Below are positions 10,401 through 21,400 of a stretch of 64,000 nt of DNA, piece by piece. The stretch is taken from NCBI GenBank assembly GCA_040386675.1, contig JAZKEZ010000018.1:4799-68798 (forward strand), written 5' to 3'. Within the stretch, counting starts at the first letter, position 1; every line of letters starts with the position of its first letter. Source of the stretch: Bacteroidota bacterium. GTDB taxonomy: Bacteria > Bacteroidota > Bacteroidia > Flavobacteriales_D > Luteibaculaceae. The notes under the pieces were generated by a model. The model had not been told where the DNA came from. It made no database searches and saw only the letters and a list, made by a program, of their open reading frames with translations. The translations under genes were made by a program, and so were the position numbers.

Positions 10401-12695
10401 CAGGGTGCCGGTCTTTACTTCATCCGCGTATTCGATCTTTGCGCTCCTGCAAATACCAAAGAATTCGCAATCGAACTTACAGACAGATCAAACACTCCGT
10501 TCTCTGCTGAGGCTATCGTTACTGATCCTGTATGCCCGGGTGGTCTAGGAAACGTAGTTGTTAACCTTACAGGTGGAAGATACATTGCTTACTTCGAACT
10601 TGGTGGCGATAACGGTATCTATGAAAACAGCTATACCTTCTCTAACCTTCCTGCAGGAAGCTACTCGATCTATGTTTCTGACGACTGTTCAGGTGCTGAT
10701 ACTACCATCTCGGTTAACATCACGGATCCTACTGCAGCGGCGATCAGCATTGCTTCTACCAAGACCAATCCTGCTTCAAACGGTGCTGATAACGGATCGG
10801 CTACTTACACCATCACTGGTGGATTCGCTCCATATTCAGTAACGGTTTACGAAACTGCGACACTTGGTGGTGCTCCTGTTTCAACAGTATCAACTACTGC
10901 TGGTGTTGCTGAAGGTGCTGCTACTACCATCAACGGACTTGGTGCAGGTTTCTACACCATCTCTGTAACTGATGCTTGCGGAATTGTTGAAGATACTGCA
11001 ATCAGCTTCGAGCTGGTTAATCCTCCTGTAAACGATGCAGCTTGTTCTGCTTCTCCACTTACATTGGGCGTTGCTGCTAACGGAACTACCGTAGCTGCTA
11101 CCGTACAATCAGGTGAGGCTGCTATTACTCCTCCATTGAACGTAGATTGCGATAGCTTCGAAGGCTGGTGCTTTAACAACGGCATTGATGCTTCAGTTTG
11201 GTACACCTTCACTGTTCCTGCTTCAGGTTCATTCAGTGTAGAAGCCAGCAGCGTAAACTTCGATCCACAGATCGCGGTATACAGCTCTGACAACTGTGCA
11301 AACTTTGCTTCATACACTCGTCTTGCTGCAAACGATGACAAGCAGGTTACTCCGACAAACTCTAATGCTTATGTTGAGGTTAGCTGTCTGACTCCCGGAA
11401 CTACTGTATACGTTCTTGTTGATGCTTCTGACTTCCCTCAGGAAGGTGGATTCAGCATCATTGCAAACGAGATCAATACTGTTGCATTCTCGGTTACGTC
11501 TAACGTGATCAACTCTGCAAACGAGATCAGCAACAACGGATCAATTGATCTTACTGTAACTGGTGGTGTTAAACCATACACCTTCGTGTGGTCGAACGGA
11601 GCTTCTACTGAAGACATTACCAACCTTGCCCCTGGAACCTACTCTGTAGTAGTTACCGACAAGTGTGGTGCTCAGTTCACAGATTCTTTCACCATCATCT
11701 TCACCGGTATCTCTAACGATAACGCTTGTGATGCGAAACTGCTTCCTACCGATAACGTAGTACGTCAGTTCAACAATTTCCTTTCTACACTACAACCAGG
11801 TGAGTACTCTATCGCTCCTGATTCTAACAGCACCGACTGTTTCTCTAACACCAACTGGTGTAAGAACGACGGTATCGACGGTACAGTTTGGTTCAAGTTC
11901 GTAGCTCCTTCATCTACAGTTACTGTAGACCTTTGTAACGGTGCGCAAAACGACATCGATATACAGGTAGCCGTTTATGCAGTAAGCGATTGCAGCATCC
12001 TTGATCCTGCAACCTTCACACTGCTTGGTGCTAACGACGATGCTCCTTCATGTGCATTCGGTTCGGTACTTTCACTTACAGGACTTACTCCTTGTGCTAC
12101 TTACTATGTAATGGTTGACTCTGATGAGGGTGAGCAGGGAACATTCGGTATCGCGATCAGAGATGAGAACTCAACTCTTAATGCAGGTATTGATACTACA
12201 GTTTCTGTATGTGTAAACGGCGGTACTATTGACATCGCTAACTTCAGAACTGCAGGTACCGATAACAACGGTACTTACGAAGATGACGACAACAGCACTG
12301 CACTTAGCGGTTCATTGTTCGACACCGACGAAGTGAATGCTGGTACTTACCACTTCACTTACACAGTAACCGACGGTTGCGGTGGATTTGATTACTCTAC
12401 CCTTACTGTGGTAGTTGAGAACTGTACCGGTATCAACAAAGTTGCTGCTGCAAACACATTCTCGATCTATCCTAACCCGAACAACGGTGTATTCACTATC
12501 GAAAACACAGTTGCCGACAAGATCACTATCGAAGTATTGGATATGACCGGTAAAGTGGTGTATGACAACGCTCTTGAAGTAGTTAAAGGAAACAAGACGA
12601 TTGTTAACCTTTCAGGTGCTTCAAAAGGAGTTTATACTATCCGCATCAACGGAAACAGCAACGGTTCTGAATCTCACAGGATTGTTGTTCAGTAA
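7440..12695 (+). CDS. giant secreted repeat protein with a T9SS type A C-terminal sorting domain (1,751 aa from ATG 7440)
   Basis: Signal peptide MKQFNQWLLALGIMCFSLGVWAQ. Five approx 140-aa modules share ND.C..A ... (S/T)VW(Y/F).F..P ... Q(V/I)AV(F/Y) ... AND ... PG(T/N)TYY.LVD. SprB-type repeats are interspersed, e.g. NGSIDLTVTGGVKPYTFVWSNG. The last approx 80 aa (nt 12459-12692: FSIYPNPNNGVFTIEN...GVYTIRING) look like TIGR04183-type CTDs. Confidence 0.9.
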   Translation: MKQFNQWLLALGIMCFSLGVWAQDTPNACGSAYLIPTGGSRSVSIPASSDTVWHSFTPAANGYITISSCDKSNTTADTRLFLFQGTCGSLVPVATSDNDCGLAAALNNIAVVGGQTYFIRWDNKAATALSFIFTTSFVASGSYTQPANDNICNATAITVGGSSVAGNNQYATVQGSAEQNLSIPVVANATQSGWLIDRNIHSSVWYKFVAPTTNAVTIGISSAFDHQVAVFSGNCNNIASLTFLSAFDDVNSGESYCVTAGNTYYILVDGFGTETGAHTVSINGLDLIRPHIAIIDVTTNAVNGALCPGSSNWNLTGRLASQSNLATVSTFGYVNSLMYSWNGTPSSSVLPAVGAGAYNLTITDVCGATYTASVVLADTTIETFDLQLGTINGPLCVDSANGSVILSSVAGYKFADGSHNATDSIHYTYKYLPSITPTNTQIFGAPVVGVANINQFSNLYEGFYRVYAMDACGNVDSVSFALVDPVSTPVVLDLVSANNPICNSSSTGSITISATGGAAKPLTYTWELSTDGGNIWLPTSFNTATISDVPAGMYRVVASDPCGQPSDTLVVTLVDPSVSHLSYTASQTNPTTFAAKNGSIALTVSGGLPLHSSVWFVDGVITPEYNNALSLSNLPQGIYRVVVSDTCILSGIIDTTFVLLAPLSNDVACDAITITENDTLTTYHNFGANATEGLDIPYSQDGRFTGWGIDTNINRSVWFKFVAPASGAVSLKASHYQGLNSNLNFDAQVAVFSVGACATESGYSLIAANDNNFNGGPVNDAYVEALCLTPGTTYYVLVDGYQGIGEEGIFSLDLNALNISPLTVNTSASQPTCIDPLGEISFSNITGGVYSEQPELYTYTYTFSGGGSGKITVDGFGDIVTVDDTAATSITFDSLTSGSYTVTIFDTCGHSVVSTIEIAPIPFTPFDLQYTLEQPYCPGDVPGGSIEFTLTGGGTPDQYVYEIRKTTTSVLPFVTGNYNSLPVTEGLQGAGLYFIRVFDLCAPANTKEFAIELTDRSNTPFSAEAIVTDPVCPGGLGNVVVNLTGGRYIAYFELGGDNGIYENSYTFSNLPAGSYSIYVSDDCSGADTTISVNITDPTAAAISIASTKTNPASNGADNGSATYTITGGFAPYSVTVYETATLGGAPVSTVSTTAGVAEGAATTINGLGAGFYTISVTDACGIVEDTAISFELVNPPVNDAACSASPLTLGVAANGTTVAATVQSGEAAITPPLNVDCDSFEGWCFNNGIDASVWYTFTVPASGSFSVEASSVNFDPQIAVYSSDNCANFASYTRLAANDDKQVTPTNSNAYVEVSCLTPGTTVYVLVDASDFPQEGGFSIIANEINTVAFSVTSNVINSANEISNNGSIDLTVTGGVKPYTFVWSNGASTEDITNLAPGTYSVVVTDKCGAQFTDSFTIIFTGISNDNACDAKLLPTDNVVRQFNNFLSTLQPGEYSIAPDSNSTDCFSNTNWCKNDGIDGTVWFKFVAPSSTVTVDLCNGAQNDIDIQVAVYAVSDCSILDPATFTLLGANDDAPSCAFGSVLSLTGLTPCATYYVMVDSDEGEQGTFGIAIRDENSTLNAGIDTTVSVCVNGGTIDIANFRTAGTDNNGTYEDDDNSTALSGSLFDTDEVNAGTYHFTYTVTDGCGGFDYSTLTVVVENCTGINKVAAANTFSIYPNPNNGVFTIENTVADKITIEVLDMTGKVVYDNALEVVKGNKTIVNLSGASKGVYTIRINGNSNGSESHRIVVQ

Positions 12696-12714
12696 TTCGC
12701 TTTAAACTGATAAG

Positions 12715-12743
12715 AGGCCCCGGGATTCCGGGGCCTTTTTTTT
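12715..12743 (+). terminator. Rho-independent terminator AGGCCCCGG-GATT-CCGGGGCCT followed by T7
   Basis: A perfect 9-bp GC stem, a 4-nt loop and a T-run, 20 nt after the stop at 12695. Confidence 0.88.
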
Positions 12744-12765
12744 GCCAATTTTTTTGACCAGAACT

Positions 12766-13284
12766 ATGAAATTACCATTCAACCTGTTCACCTGGATAGA
12801 GGAGAACCGCCAGTTTCTCAAGCCACCGGTAGGAAATAAAGTGGTCCTCGAAAACGAAGAATTCCTGGTGATGGCCGTTGGTGGACCCAATGCCCGTACC
12901 GATTATCACTACAACGAGGGAGAGGAATTCTTCTTCCAGCTGAATGGGACAATCACCGTAAAGATCCAGGAAGACGGAAAAGCGAAAGATATCGTGATCA
13001 ATGAGGGTGAGGTATTCCTGCTGCCTTCCGGCGTTCCGCACAGCCCCATAAGGCCTGAAAACACGATCGGACTGGTCATTGAGAGAAAGCGCGAAAAAAC
13101 CGAGAAAGACGGATTGATGTGGTTTTGTCCCGAATGCAACCACAAATTGTACGAGGAATACTTCGTGCTGAACAGTATTGAACGGGATTTCCTGCCTGTA
13201 TTTAAAAAGTTCAATACCGGCGTTGAGCTGCGTACCTGTAAGGCTTGCGGCCATGTGATGCCTGCGGATGAAAGGTATCTCTAA
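12766..13284 (+). CDS. 3-hydroxyanthranilate 3,4-dioxygenase (cupin)
   Basis: Cupin core ([22 protein letters not shown]) plus a C-terminal CPEC...CKAC rubredoxin-like site typical of this enzyme. ATG at 12766; the upstream TTG of the ORF track lies in the terminator T-run. Confidence 0.88.
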   Translation: MKLPFNLFTWIEENRQFLKPPVGNKVVLENEEFLVMAVGGPNARTDYHYNEGEEFFFQLNGTITVKIQEDGKAKDIVINEGEVFLLPSGVPHSPIRPENTIGLVIERKREKTEKDGLMWFCPECNHKLYEEYFVLNSIERDFLPVFKKFNTGVELRTCKACGHVMPADERYL

Positions 13285-13292
13285 ATTTCAAC

Positions 13293-13300
13293 TACCTTTG
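13293..13300 (+). promoter_or_regulatory. candidate -7 box TACCTTTG
   Basis: Exact TAnnTTTG, 16 nt upstream of the purF ATG, in a 32-nt intergenic gap. Confidence 0.45.
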
Positions 13301-13316
13301 CAGCTCATTTCGAGCC

Positions 13317-15209
13317 ATGAGTGATGCAATTAAACACGAGTGCGGCATCGCGCTCGTAAAACTGAAGAAACCGCTGTCTTTTTACGCGGAGAAGTATGGT
13401 ACACCGTTCTACGCCATGAACAAGATGTACCTGATGATGGAGAAGCAGCACAATCGTGGCCAGGATGGCGCGGGGTTGGCCAACATCAAGTTCGACGTTC
13501 AGCCGGGAAACCGTTACCTGTTCAGGAAACGTTCGGCCAGTACCAAAGCGATCCAGGAAATTTTCAAATCCGTTCAGAAAAAGTTCAAGGGACTTTCAAA
13601 GGCGCAGCTTGCAGATGCAGACTGGCTGAAAGAACACATGCCGTTTACCGGTGAATTGTGGCTGGGTCACTTGCGCTACGGAACTTTCGGAGGAAACTCG
13701 ATCGATTCGTGCCACCCGTTTGTACGCCAGAACAACTGGATGACCCGAACCCTGGTTACCGCCGGAAACTTCAATCTCACCAATGTGGGTGAACTGTTCG
13801 GCAAACTCGTTGAACTGGGCCAGCATCCAAAAGAAATCGCAGATACCGTTACCGTTCTTGAAAAGATCGGTCACTTCCAGGACATGGAAGTAGAGAAGCT
13901 GTTCCGCAAGTTCAAGGACGAAGGCTTTGAAAACGCCGAGATTTCAGGAATGATCGGTCGTGAGCTGGATGTTCAGCGCATTCTTCAGCGATCTGCAAAC
14001 GACTGGGATGGTGGTTATGCCATGGTAGGAATGATGGGACACGGTGATGCTTTCGTGCTTCGCGACCCGTCAGGAATTCGCCCGGCGTTCTATTACCAGG
14101 ATGATGAAGTAGTGGTAGTGGCGTCAGAAAGACCGGTAATACAGACCGCATTCAACCTGGCACTCGAAGACATACAGGAGCTTACTCCCGGCCACGCACT
14201 CATCATGAAAAAAGATGGTGATGCCGAGGAAATGCTGGTAAAGACCCCATTGAAAAAGACATCCTGCTCATTCGAACGGATTTATTTCTCCCGTGGAAGC
14301 GACCAGGATATTTACAAAGAAAGAAAGCAACTCGGTAACCTGCTTGCAGAACGCGTTATCAATGAGATCGGCGGCAATCTCGACCAGACCGTATTTTCCT
14401 TTATTCCAAATACAGCAGAAACCGCATTTTACGGCCTGATCAAAGGGGTAGAGAACTTCCTCGACCAGATCAAGGCGAAGAAAATACATGCCCTGGGTCC
14501 TAACGCGAGCCTCGAACAGATCACCGAGATCCTTTCGACCCGTACCTCCATCGAAAAGGTGGCCATCAAAGACGCCAAACTCAGGACCTTCATTACCAGC
14601 GACAACGACCGCGATGATCTTGTGGCACACGTATATGATGTTACCTACGGAACCATCCGCAAGGGAGTGGATTCACTGGTGGTGATCGACGATTCGATTG
14701 TGCGCGGTACCACATTGAAGAAAAGCATTCTCAAGATCCTTGACCGCTTAGGACCGAAGAAGATCGTGGTGGTTTCATCTGCGCCACAGATCCGTTACCC
14801 CGATTGTTACGGGATAGATATGGCCAGGCTGTGGGATTTCGTTGCTTTCCAGGCAGCGATTAGCCTCCACCTTGAAAGAGGGAATAAGGGTTTCCTTGAA
14901 GAAGTTTATCATAGAGCTAAGTCAGAATTACTGAAGGAAGGTGACGATGTCATCAATGCCGTTCAGCCTGTTTATGATGCGTTCACTGACACGGAAATTG
15001 AAGCGAAAATTGCGGAGTTGCTGACCCCGAAAGGTATCGGCGCCGAAGTTCAGATCATTTTCCAGAGTATTGCTAACCTCCACAAGGCCTGTCCCGGCCA
15101 TACTGGTGACTGGTATTTCAGCGGAAATTACCCGACACCCGGAGGAATGAAAGTAGCAAACAGGGCTTATGTGAACTATTTTGAAGGCAGGAACGAACGT
15201 GCGTATTGA
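13317..15209 (+). CDS. purF: amidophosphoribosyltransferase (long Bacteroidota form)
   Basis: N-terminal HEC-GIA (Ntn cysteine of class II glutamine amidotransferases) and a PRPP loop LVVIDDSIVRGTT. Length 630 aa. Confidence 0.9.
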   Translation: MSDAIKHECGIALVKLKKPLSFYAEKYGTPFYAMNKMYLMMEKQHNRGQDGAGLANIKFDVQPGNRYLFRKRSASTKAIQEIFKSVQKKFKGLSKAQLADADWLKEHMPFTGELWLGHLRYGTFGGNSIDSCHPFVRQNNWMTRTLVTAGNFNLTNVGELFGKLVELGQHPKEIADTVTVLEKIGHFQDMEVEKLFRKFKDEGFENAEISGMIGRELDVQRILQRSANDWDGGYAMVGMMGHGDAFVLRDPSGIRPAFYYQDDEVVVVASERPVIQTAFNLALEDIQELTPGHALIMKKDGDAEEMLVKTPLKKTSCSFERIYFSRGSDQDIYKERKQLGNLLAERVINEIGGNLDQTVFSFIPNTAETAFYGLIKGVENFLDQIKAKKIHALGPNASLEQITEILSTRTSIEKVAIKDAKLRTFITSDNDRDDLVAHVYDVTYGTIRKGVDSLVVIDDSIVRGTTLKKSILKILDRLGPKKIVVVSSAPQIRYPDCYGIDMARLWDFVAFQAAISLHLERGNKGFLEEVYHRAKSELLKEGDDVINAVQPVYDAFTDTEIEAKIAELLTPKGIGAEVQIIFQSIANLHKACPGHTGDWYFSGNYPTPGGMKVANRAYVNYFEGRNERAY

Positions 15210-15224
15210 TAGCTGAAGTACTTT

Positions 15225-15258
15225 ATCAACAATTTTAATTTTGTGTTGATTTTTTTTT
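15225..15258 (+). terminator. weak AT-rich hairpin ATCAACA...TGTTGAT followed by T9
   Basis: A 7-bp stem, a 12-nt loop and a long T-run, 16 nt after the purF stop. Confidence 0.5.
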
Positions 15259-15402
15259 CGGCCTAGGTCGTAAAATTTATTTTTAGTAATATTGGCACGG
15301 TTTATAATGGCTTTAAGTGTGTAAATGCGACTATATCACTGGTTTAGACGGTTTTAACACGGGGCAGAACTAACAACTTAGCAAAACAAACAAACAACTA
15401 TT

Positions 15403-18400
15403 ATGAGGAAATTTTCCGTTTTCTCGGTGCTATCTCTCTTTTGCCTCTTTTTCTCGGGGAGTCTTTTGGCACAGGGTCCTTATCAATTAAGGGACAACAA
15501 CTATCAGAGTGTTGTTCTTTGCGGACCTACTGCCGAATCGTTTACCGATGATGGAGGTATAGCAAACCCTTACAGCGCGAATTTGAATGACTCCATCCGC
15601 TTCGTTTCTTCGTTGGGAACAGGTGGTGTTATTGAAGTGACTTTCAATGATTTCGTGCTAAGGACCGGAGATACACTGTACATTTATTCGAATGACGGTG
15701 CGGCGAGCAGAACACTAATTGCAACTCTTTTTGAAAATGAGCGTGCAAAGCGTGGTGTTCCTTTCCGTTTTTACTCACGTCCTAATGATGGAGCACTGAC
15801 CTTTGTGCTCGTATCTGATGCGGGTGTTCCAAAAGGAATCGGCTGGAACGCAACCGTTCGTGAGGCTTCTGCAAGAAGTACCGTAGATCTGCTGAGTGTT
15901 ATGTCTCCTGGTGGTTCATTTATAAACGACGGCGACAGTGTATTTAAGGTATGTGCAGTTACCACACTTCAGTACAACGCCATTGCCAGCGCTCCTAGTA
16001 AGGACACTTCTTACCGGAACAACGGAGATCCAACCTTATATACGTATACTTATACCCCTAACCAGGCTGCGTTCACCTACACCTGGATATCAAACGACGG
16101 TAATGCAAACGTAAACACCCAAACCTTCTCGCAGAGCTACGGTCTGGGATCTGTGCGTTACACCTTAAGTGTACGTACCGACAACTGTATCCAGTATGAC
16201 ACCACGTTCAGAGTGAATGTTTCTCCAAGACCAAACTTTGCCGGTACTTCCGGTGACCAGGTGATTTGCGAAGGAACAGACGTTCAGATTACAGGTAATG
16301 CCATGAGAGCAGTAGGTACTAACGTAAACGGTTCTCCGGGTTACACCTATTCTCCAAACATCGATACCAGCGGATGGGCCTCACTGAACGGTGGCGGCTT
16401 CTCAACGCTTAACGTAGGTAACGTAGTTCGCGTTCCTGCTCCGAATACCCTTGCGGGAGCTTATATGTACCGCTTTTCAGCAAGAGACAACTACGGTTGT
16501 TCTTATGATACTACTATTACTGTAACGGTAAGTGCAAAACGTTTCGCAGGAGCTGATCTTGCTAAAACCATTTGTGGTGACCAGAACGGATACAACCTGA
16601 ACGATGCTGCCGATCCGGCAAAAGCGCCAGGCGGTATCTGGAGAGACCTGGATAATACCGGTTTCCTTACCAATGCGACTTCAGGTAGTTTTGATGCTCA
16701 GAACTGGATCGGTACAAGCCCGGTTCAGAAAACTGCCCGCTTCTCATACTTCCTTACTCCAAACCCGGGTTGTGTTGCCGACTCATCGGTAATTACACTT
16801 ACTGTGTTCCCGGTAAACTTCGCCGGTACAAGCAAACTGATCACCGTTTGTAACACTGAAACTTCAGTTGACCTTCTGGGTGCCAACGGACTGAATACTA
16901 ACCAGACTGCAGGTACTTTCGTAATCGGACCTCCGATCGCATACGGAACGCTTACCAGTAACCGCTTCCTGAATCTTACTACCGGTGGTTCACTGACCAG
17001 CCCGGCAGGATATGTTAGCGGAAACGGTGGTGCACCTTACATCTGGAGATATACCGTGAACAACGGAGTTTGTCCTGCAGACCAGGCAACACTTCAAATC
17101 CTTGTAAACGAAACCGGTGTACCAGGTGGTAGCGATACCATCGACCTTTGTACAGGCGGACCGATTGCTATGTTGTTCGATTCTCTTAAAGGGACACCAG
17201 ACAACAACGGTACATGGACCATCACCGCTGGTGGTGTTCTTGGCGGAACCGATCCTAACCGTACTTTCGATCCTGCTGCACAGACCCAAAGCGGTCCGTT
17301 TACAGCAACCTATACTGTAAGAGGAAGAGACGGAGTTAGCGTTTGCCGCGATACTACCGCCAACATCCTGATCCGGTTCCAGACTTCACCACGTTCAGGT
17401 GATTCACTGCCTCGTCCTGATGTGTGTACCTCTGCCGGAACTTACGACCTGTTCAACACGCTTGCTGCCGGTACCTATGATAACGTAGGAACCTGGAGCT
17501 TCGTTAGCGGTTCTGGTTCACTAAGCGGAACCAACAACAACATCGTTGACCTGAACACGATCATTCCTGCTGGTGCAAATACAGTTTCTGATACCTTCAG
17601 ATATACCGTAAGCACCACCAACACCATTTGTAACTCGGCTTCTACTACAGTAGCGGTTCGTTTCACCCGTAAATCAAATGCAGGTGTAAGCGGAAGCATT
17701 ACTGTTTGTGAAAATTCTCCAAACTTTACGCTGGCCCCGATATTGGGTACGCCTGATGCAAGCACTGTATTTACCGGAGGACCAACGGCGGCTTATACTG
17801 CAGCTTTCCCTGGTACATTCACTCCGGCTGCAACCGGCTTGGCAGGTAATACTTATACGATCACTGCAACAGATTCGGCAAACGGACCAGGTTGTCCTCC
17901 TGCGGTAACTACAATTACAATTTCTGTAAACGTGAAGCCTGAGGCTGGCCTGGACAGCGATACTGCCAAGGCTTGTCTTACCGACATGAACTACGACCTG
18001 AAGACGCTGCTTAGTTCTGCAGTAACTTCTCCTGATGGTTTCTGGACCTTGAAAGGCGCGACTGATCCTGCTTCTAACCCAACCTGGTTGAATCCAAACG
18101 GTTTGGTAAGCATCCAGGCATCTTCTGTGTTCCCTGGTTGTGGAAAATACCAGTTTGATTATCATGATACAGCTTTTGCTTGTGCGCCAGATATTTCTAC
18201 TCATTCACTGACCGTAAGATGTCTTCCTGACGCCGGTCCTGATGATTCTACTTATGTATGTTCATCTGATCCTACCTTCCGTATTTCTGATTTCCTTGGT
18301 ACTACTGATACCACAGGTACATTCGTTGACGTAAACGGTTCAGGTGGTCTTACGCCTTTAACCTACAAGGGAGTATTCAACCCGGTTAACGTTGCTACAG

Positions 18401-21400
18401 GTCGCTACGAATTCCAGTACCTGGTAGATAACAAGCCATGCTATCCACCGGATACCGCACGCATCTTTGTATATGTGAGCAAGCGTCCAAGCGCAGGTAC
18501 AAGCAATGATACACTTGCAGCTTGTGAGGATGAAACTGCATATGACCTGTACCAACTTCTTGGAGGTACCTATCAAAGAAAAGGGAAGTGGGTAGTTGCC
18601 TTTAACGGTGCCTACGATGCTTCTATCAACGCAACTGTTGAATCGGATCGCAAGAGATTCTTCGGCGGTGCGGATTCTAACGAACTAAACGTGGTGGAAC
18701 TATTGAAAGTGATTGAGAGTTCTTCTTCTCCATTCTTCAAGAATCGTCCATCTTCTTTCCCTCCGTTTGTAAGACTGCGCTACATTGCCAGAGACACGAC
18801 CAATTTCGGTCCTACGCCTCCATTGTGTCCGGATTCTATCGTTACCGCTGTTCTTGAGATCTCTAAAAAGTGGCCAACACCAACACCTAAAGTTGCTGTT
18901 CCTACCGAGATCTGTAGCGCAGTATGTAGCTATGACCTGACCAACCTGCTGAACAATTACGACTTCTATCCTTACGGACCTGAAGACAGCATCAGATGGG
19001 TTTCAGATAAGCCGATCAATCCTTCAAACATCAGCGGTTCAATGATCCAGCCTTGTTTGATGGACACTGGTACCTATAACTTCACACTGACCATCCATAC
19101 TGCCGGTTGTGACGACATCACCGTTCCTAACGTGAAATTGAGAATAGTACCAAGACCATTCGCTGGTCCTGATACCTCAGTTACCTTGTGTATTTCTAAC
19201 GGTCCTGTTTCACTGACCGACATCAGATATGCTTTCCCTGGTGTAACTAAAGGCGGATCTTTCACCGCGGTTACTCCTGCCGATGGTTTGGGTACTACTA
19301 CCTACACTCCCGGAGCAGGTAATGATACTGCCGGTACTTATGTGATCCGTTACACAGTGGCCAGCGCAGTTTGTGGTTCTACCACAGCATCTTCTCTGAT
19401 CACCCTGAGAATTGTTAACCGTCCGAACAATCCTGGTAACAAGACCATCACCGTATGTGAGGGAACTACTTACCAACTGAAAAACGCGATCCCTACTGCG
19501 GATAAGAGCGGTAGATTCAGACCAATCAGCTGTACTGATGCAGTAGTATTCGATAGTGATTATGAGACAGGTGTTTTCAAAGCTGACTCTAACATCGCAG
19601 GCGGACTATGTATCGTTGAATATTGTGTTCCTGCAGGCGGTTGCCCTAAGGAGTGCCTTAACATCACTGTAAACGTAACCCGCAGACCACGTGCAGGTGC
19701 TGATAAAACAGATACCATCTGTTCTACAGAAACTGCATACAGCCTTGCTACACAAGGTGGTGACCTGAACGGTTCTTACGGTGCACAGAACGGTGTGTTC
19801 TCAGGAACATTCAATGCTACAATGGTAGTTGCGCCTACAACCGTATTTATTCCTTACATCGTGAGTGCTGCCGGTTGTGCAAGCGATACTGCAAACATCA
19901 CCCTGTTTGTTGAGAAGGCTCCACGTGCCGGAACTAACGCAACCCGTGATTTCTGTTCTACTACCGGTAAGATCAATCTTACTGATCAGCTGAACGGAGA
20001 ACGCGATACTGCAAACGGTTACTGGACCAGCATCAGCCCGATCGTTGCCCTGTCAGGTCCTCACAACGAGTTCCTTGACATCAGCACCCTTCCTGCTGCG
20101 CCAAACAACACTTACACCCTGCGTTACACTGTAACCGGTAAGAAGTGTCCGAATGACCAGTCTACACTAACACTTAGAGTAACCAGACCGGCAAATACAG
20201 GTCGCGACACCACCATTACACTTTGTAAGAACAGCGGTGAGTACGATCTTAAAACTGCACTTGGTTCATCATTCGAAACAGGCGGTAGCTTCTTCGATGC
20301 AGGTGGAATCCCTAATACGGATGTGATCACTCCAGGAAACTATCCTGTAGGAACCACTTACTTCACCTACAGAAAGAATGCGGCTCCTTGTCCTGCAAGC
20401 TCTACTAAGATCACAGTGAACATTTCTCCTGTACCGAATTCGGGTACGGACAGAACTGACACGATATTCCTTTGTGCTAACGGAAGCACTGCAAACTTCA
20501 ACACTTACCTGGTGGGTTCTACCGGTGGTGGTGTATGGAGAAATGCTCCTTCTAACGGTACATTCAACATTACCAGCGCAGGAATTCTTGTACTTACTTC
20601 ATCTGAAGCAGGTAAAAAAGGAACTGTAATTTATGTGACCAGCTCTCCTGGATGTGTTAACGATACTGCTTACTTCAATGTATCGGTGAATACTCCTCCG
20701 GCTGCACAGGCTGCACAGGATCGTACGTTCTGTCTGAATGATACTCCGATCGACCTGAACAGCTTCTACAGTGTTGCAGCTGGAAACACACTTGCTTACA
20801 GCATTACTCCACAGGCTGGTACAAACAACCAGGCTGCAATCAATGGAAGTGCGCTGATTGGTAATACGTTCTATCCTGGAAATGCTGGTAACGGTACTTA
20901 TATTGTTACAGTTACACAGTCTAACCAATCTTGTCCAAGTCAGACTTCAAACCTGACCCTGAGATTTGTTGGTCCTGGAACAGACACTGCCATCCAGGCT
21001 TGTATCAACGCCGGCCCTATCGACCTGGTTACTTTGACCAGAGCACAGGGAATCGCTGGTAGCTGGGTTGCAACTCCTACCGCTCCTGGACTGGTAGTTG
21101 GAAACATCTTCTTCCCAAGAGCAGGTGTTGCAAATACTACTTATTCAGTTGAACTGAATCCTTCAGGAAGCGTTCCGAATTGTACTGCAAAGGCAAGAAT
21201 TACTATTGTAGATACGATCTCGCTTACTACTCCTGGTGTTGAATATGTTCACAGCGGTACATTCTACCAGATAAGATTCACTCCACAAGGTGGTACTGCC
21301 CCTTATGCAGTGAGCGGACTGACAGGTACTTTCAGTGGTACTACGTTTACTTCTGATCCTATTGCCTGCGGTGCTCCATTCTCTGTAATGGTAACCAGCT

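Noticed and set aside
15236-15243. TAATTTTG as a -7 promoter box for the giant type B gene.
   Set aside because: It falls in the loop of the AT-rich purF terminator hairpin and is about 160 nt from the ATG. I cannot separate it from chance.
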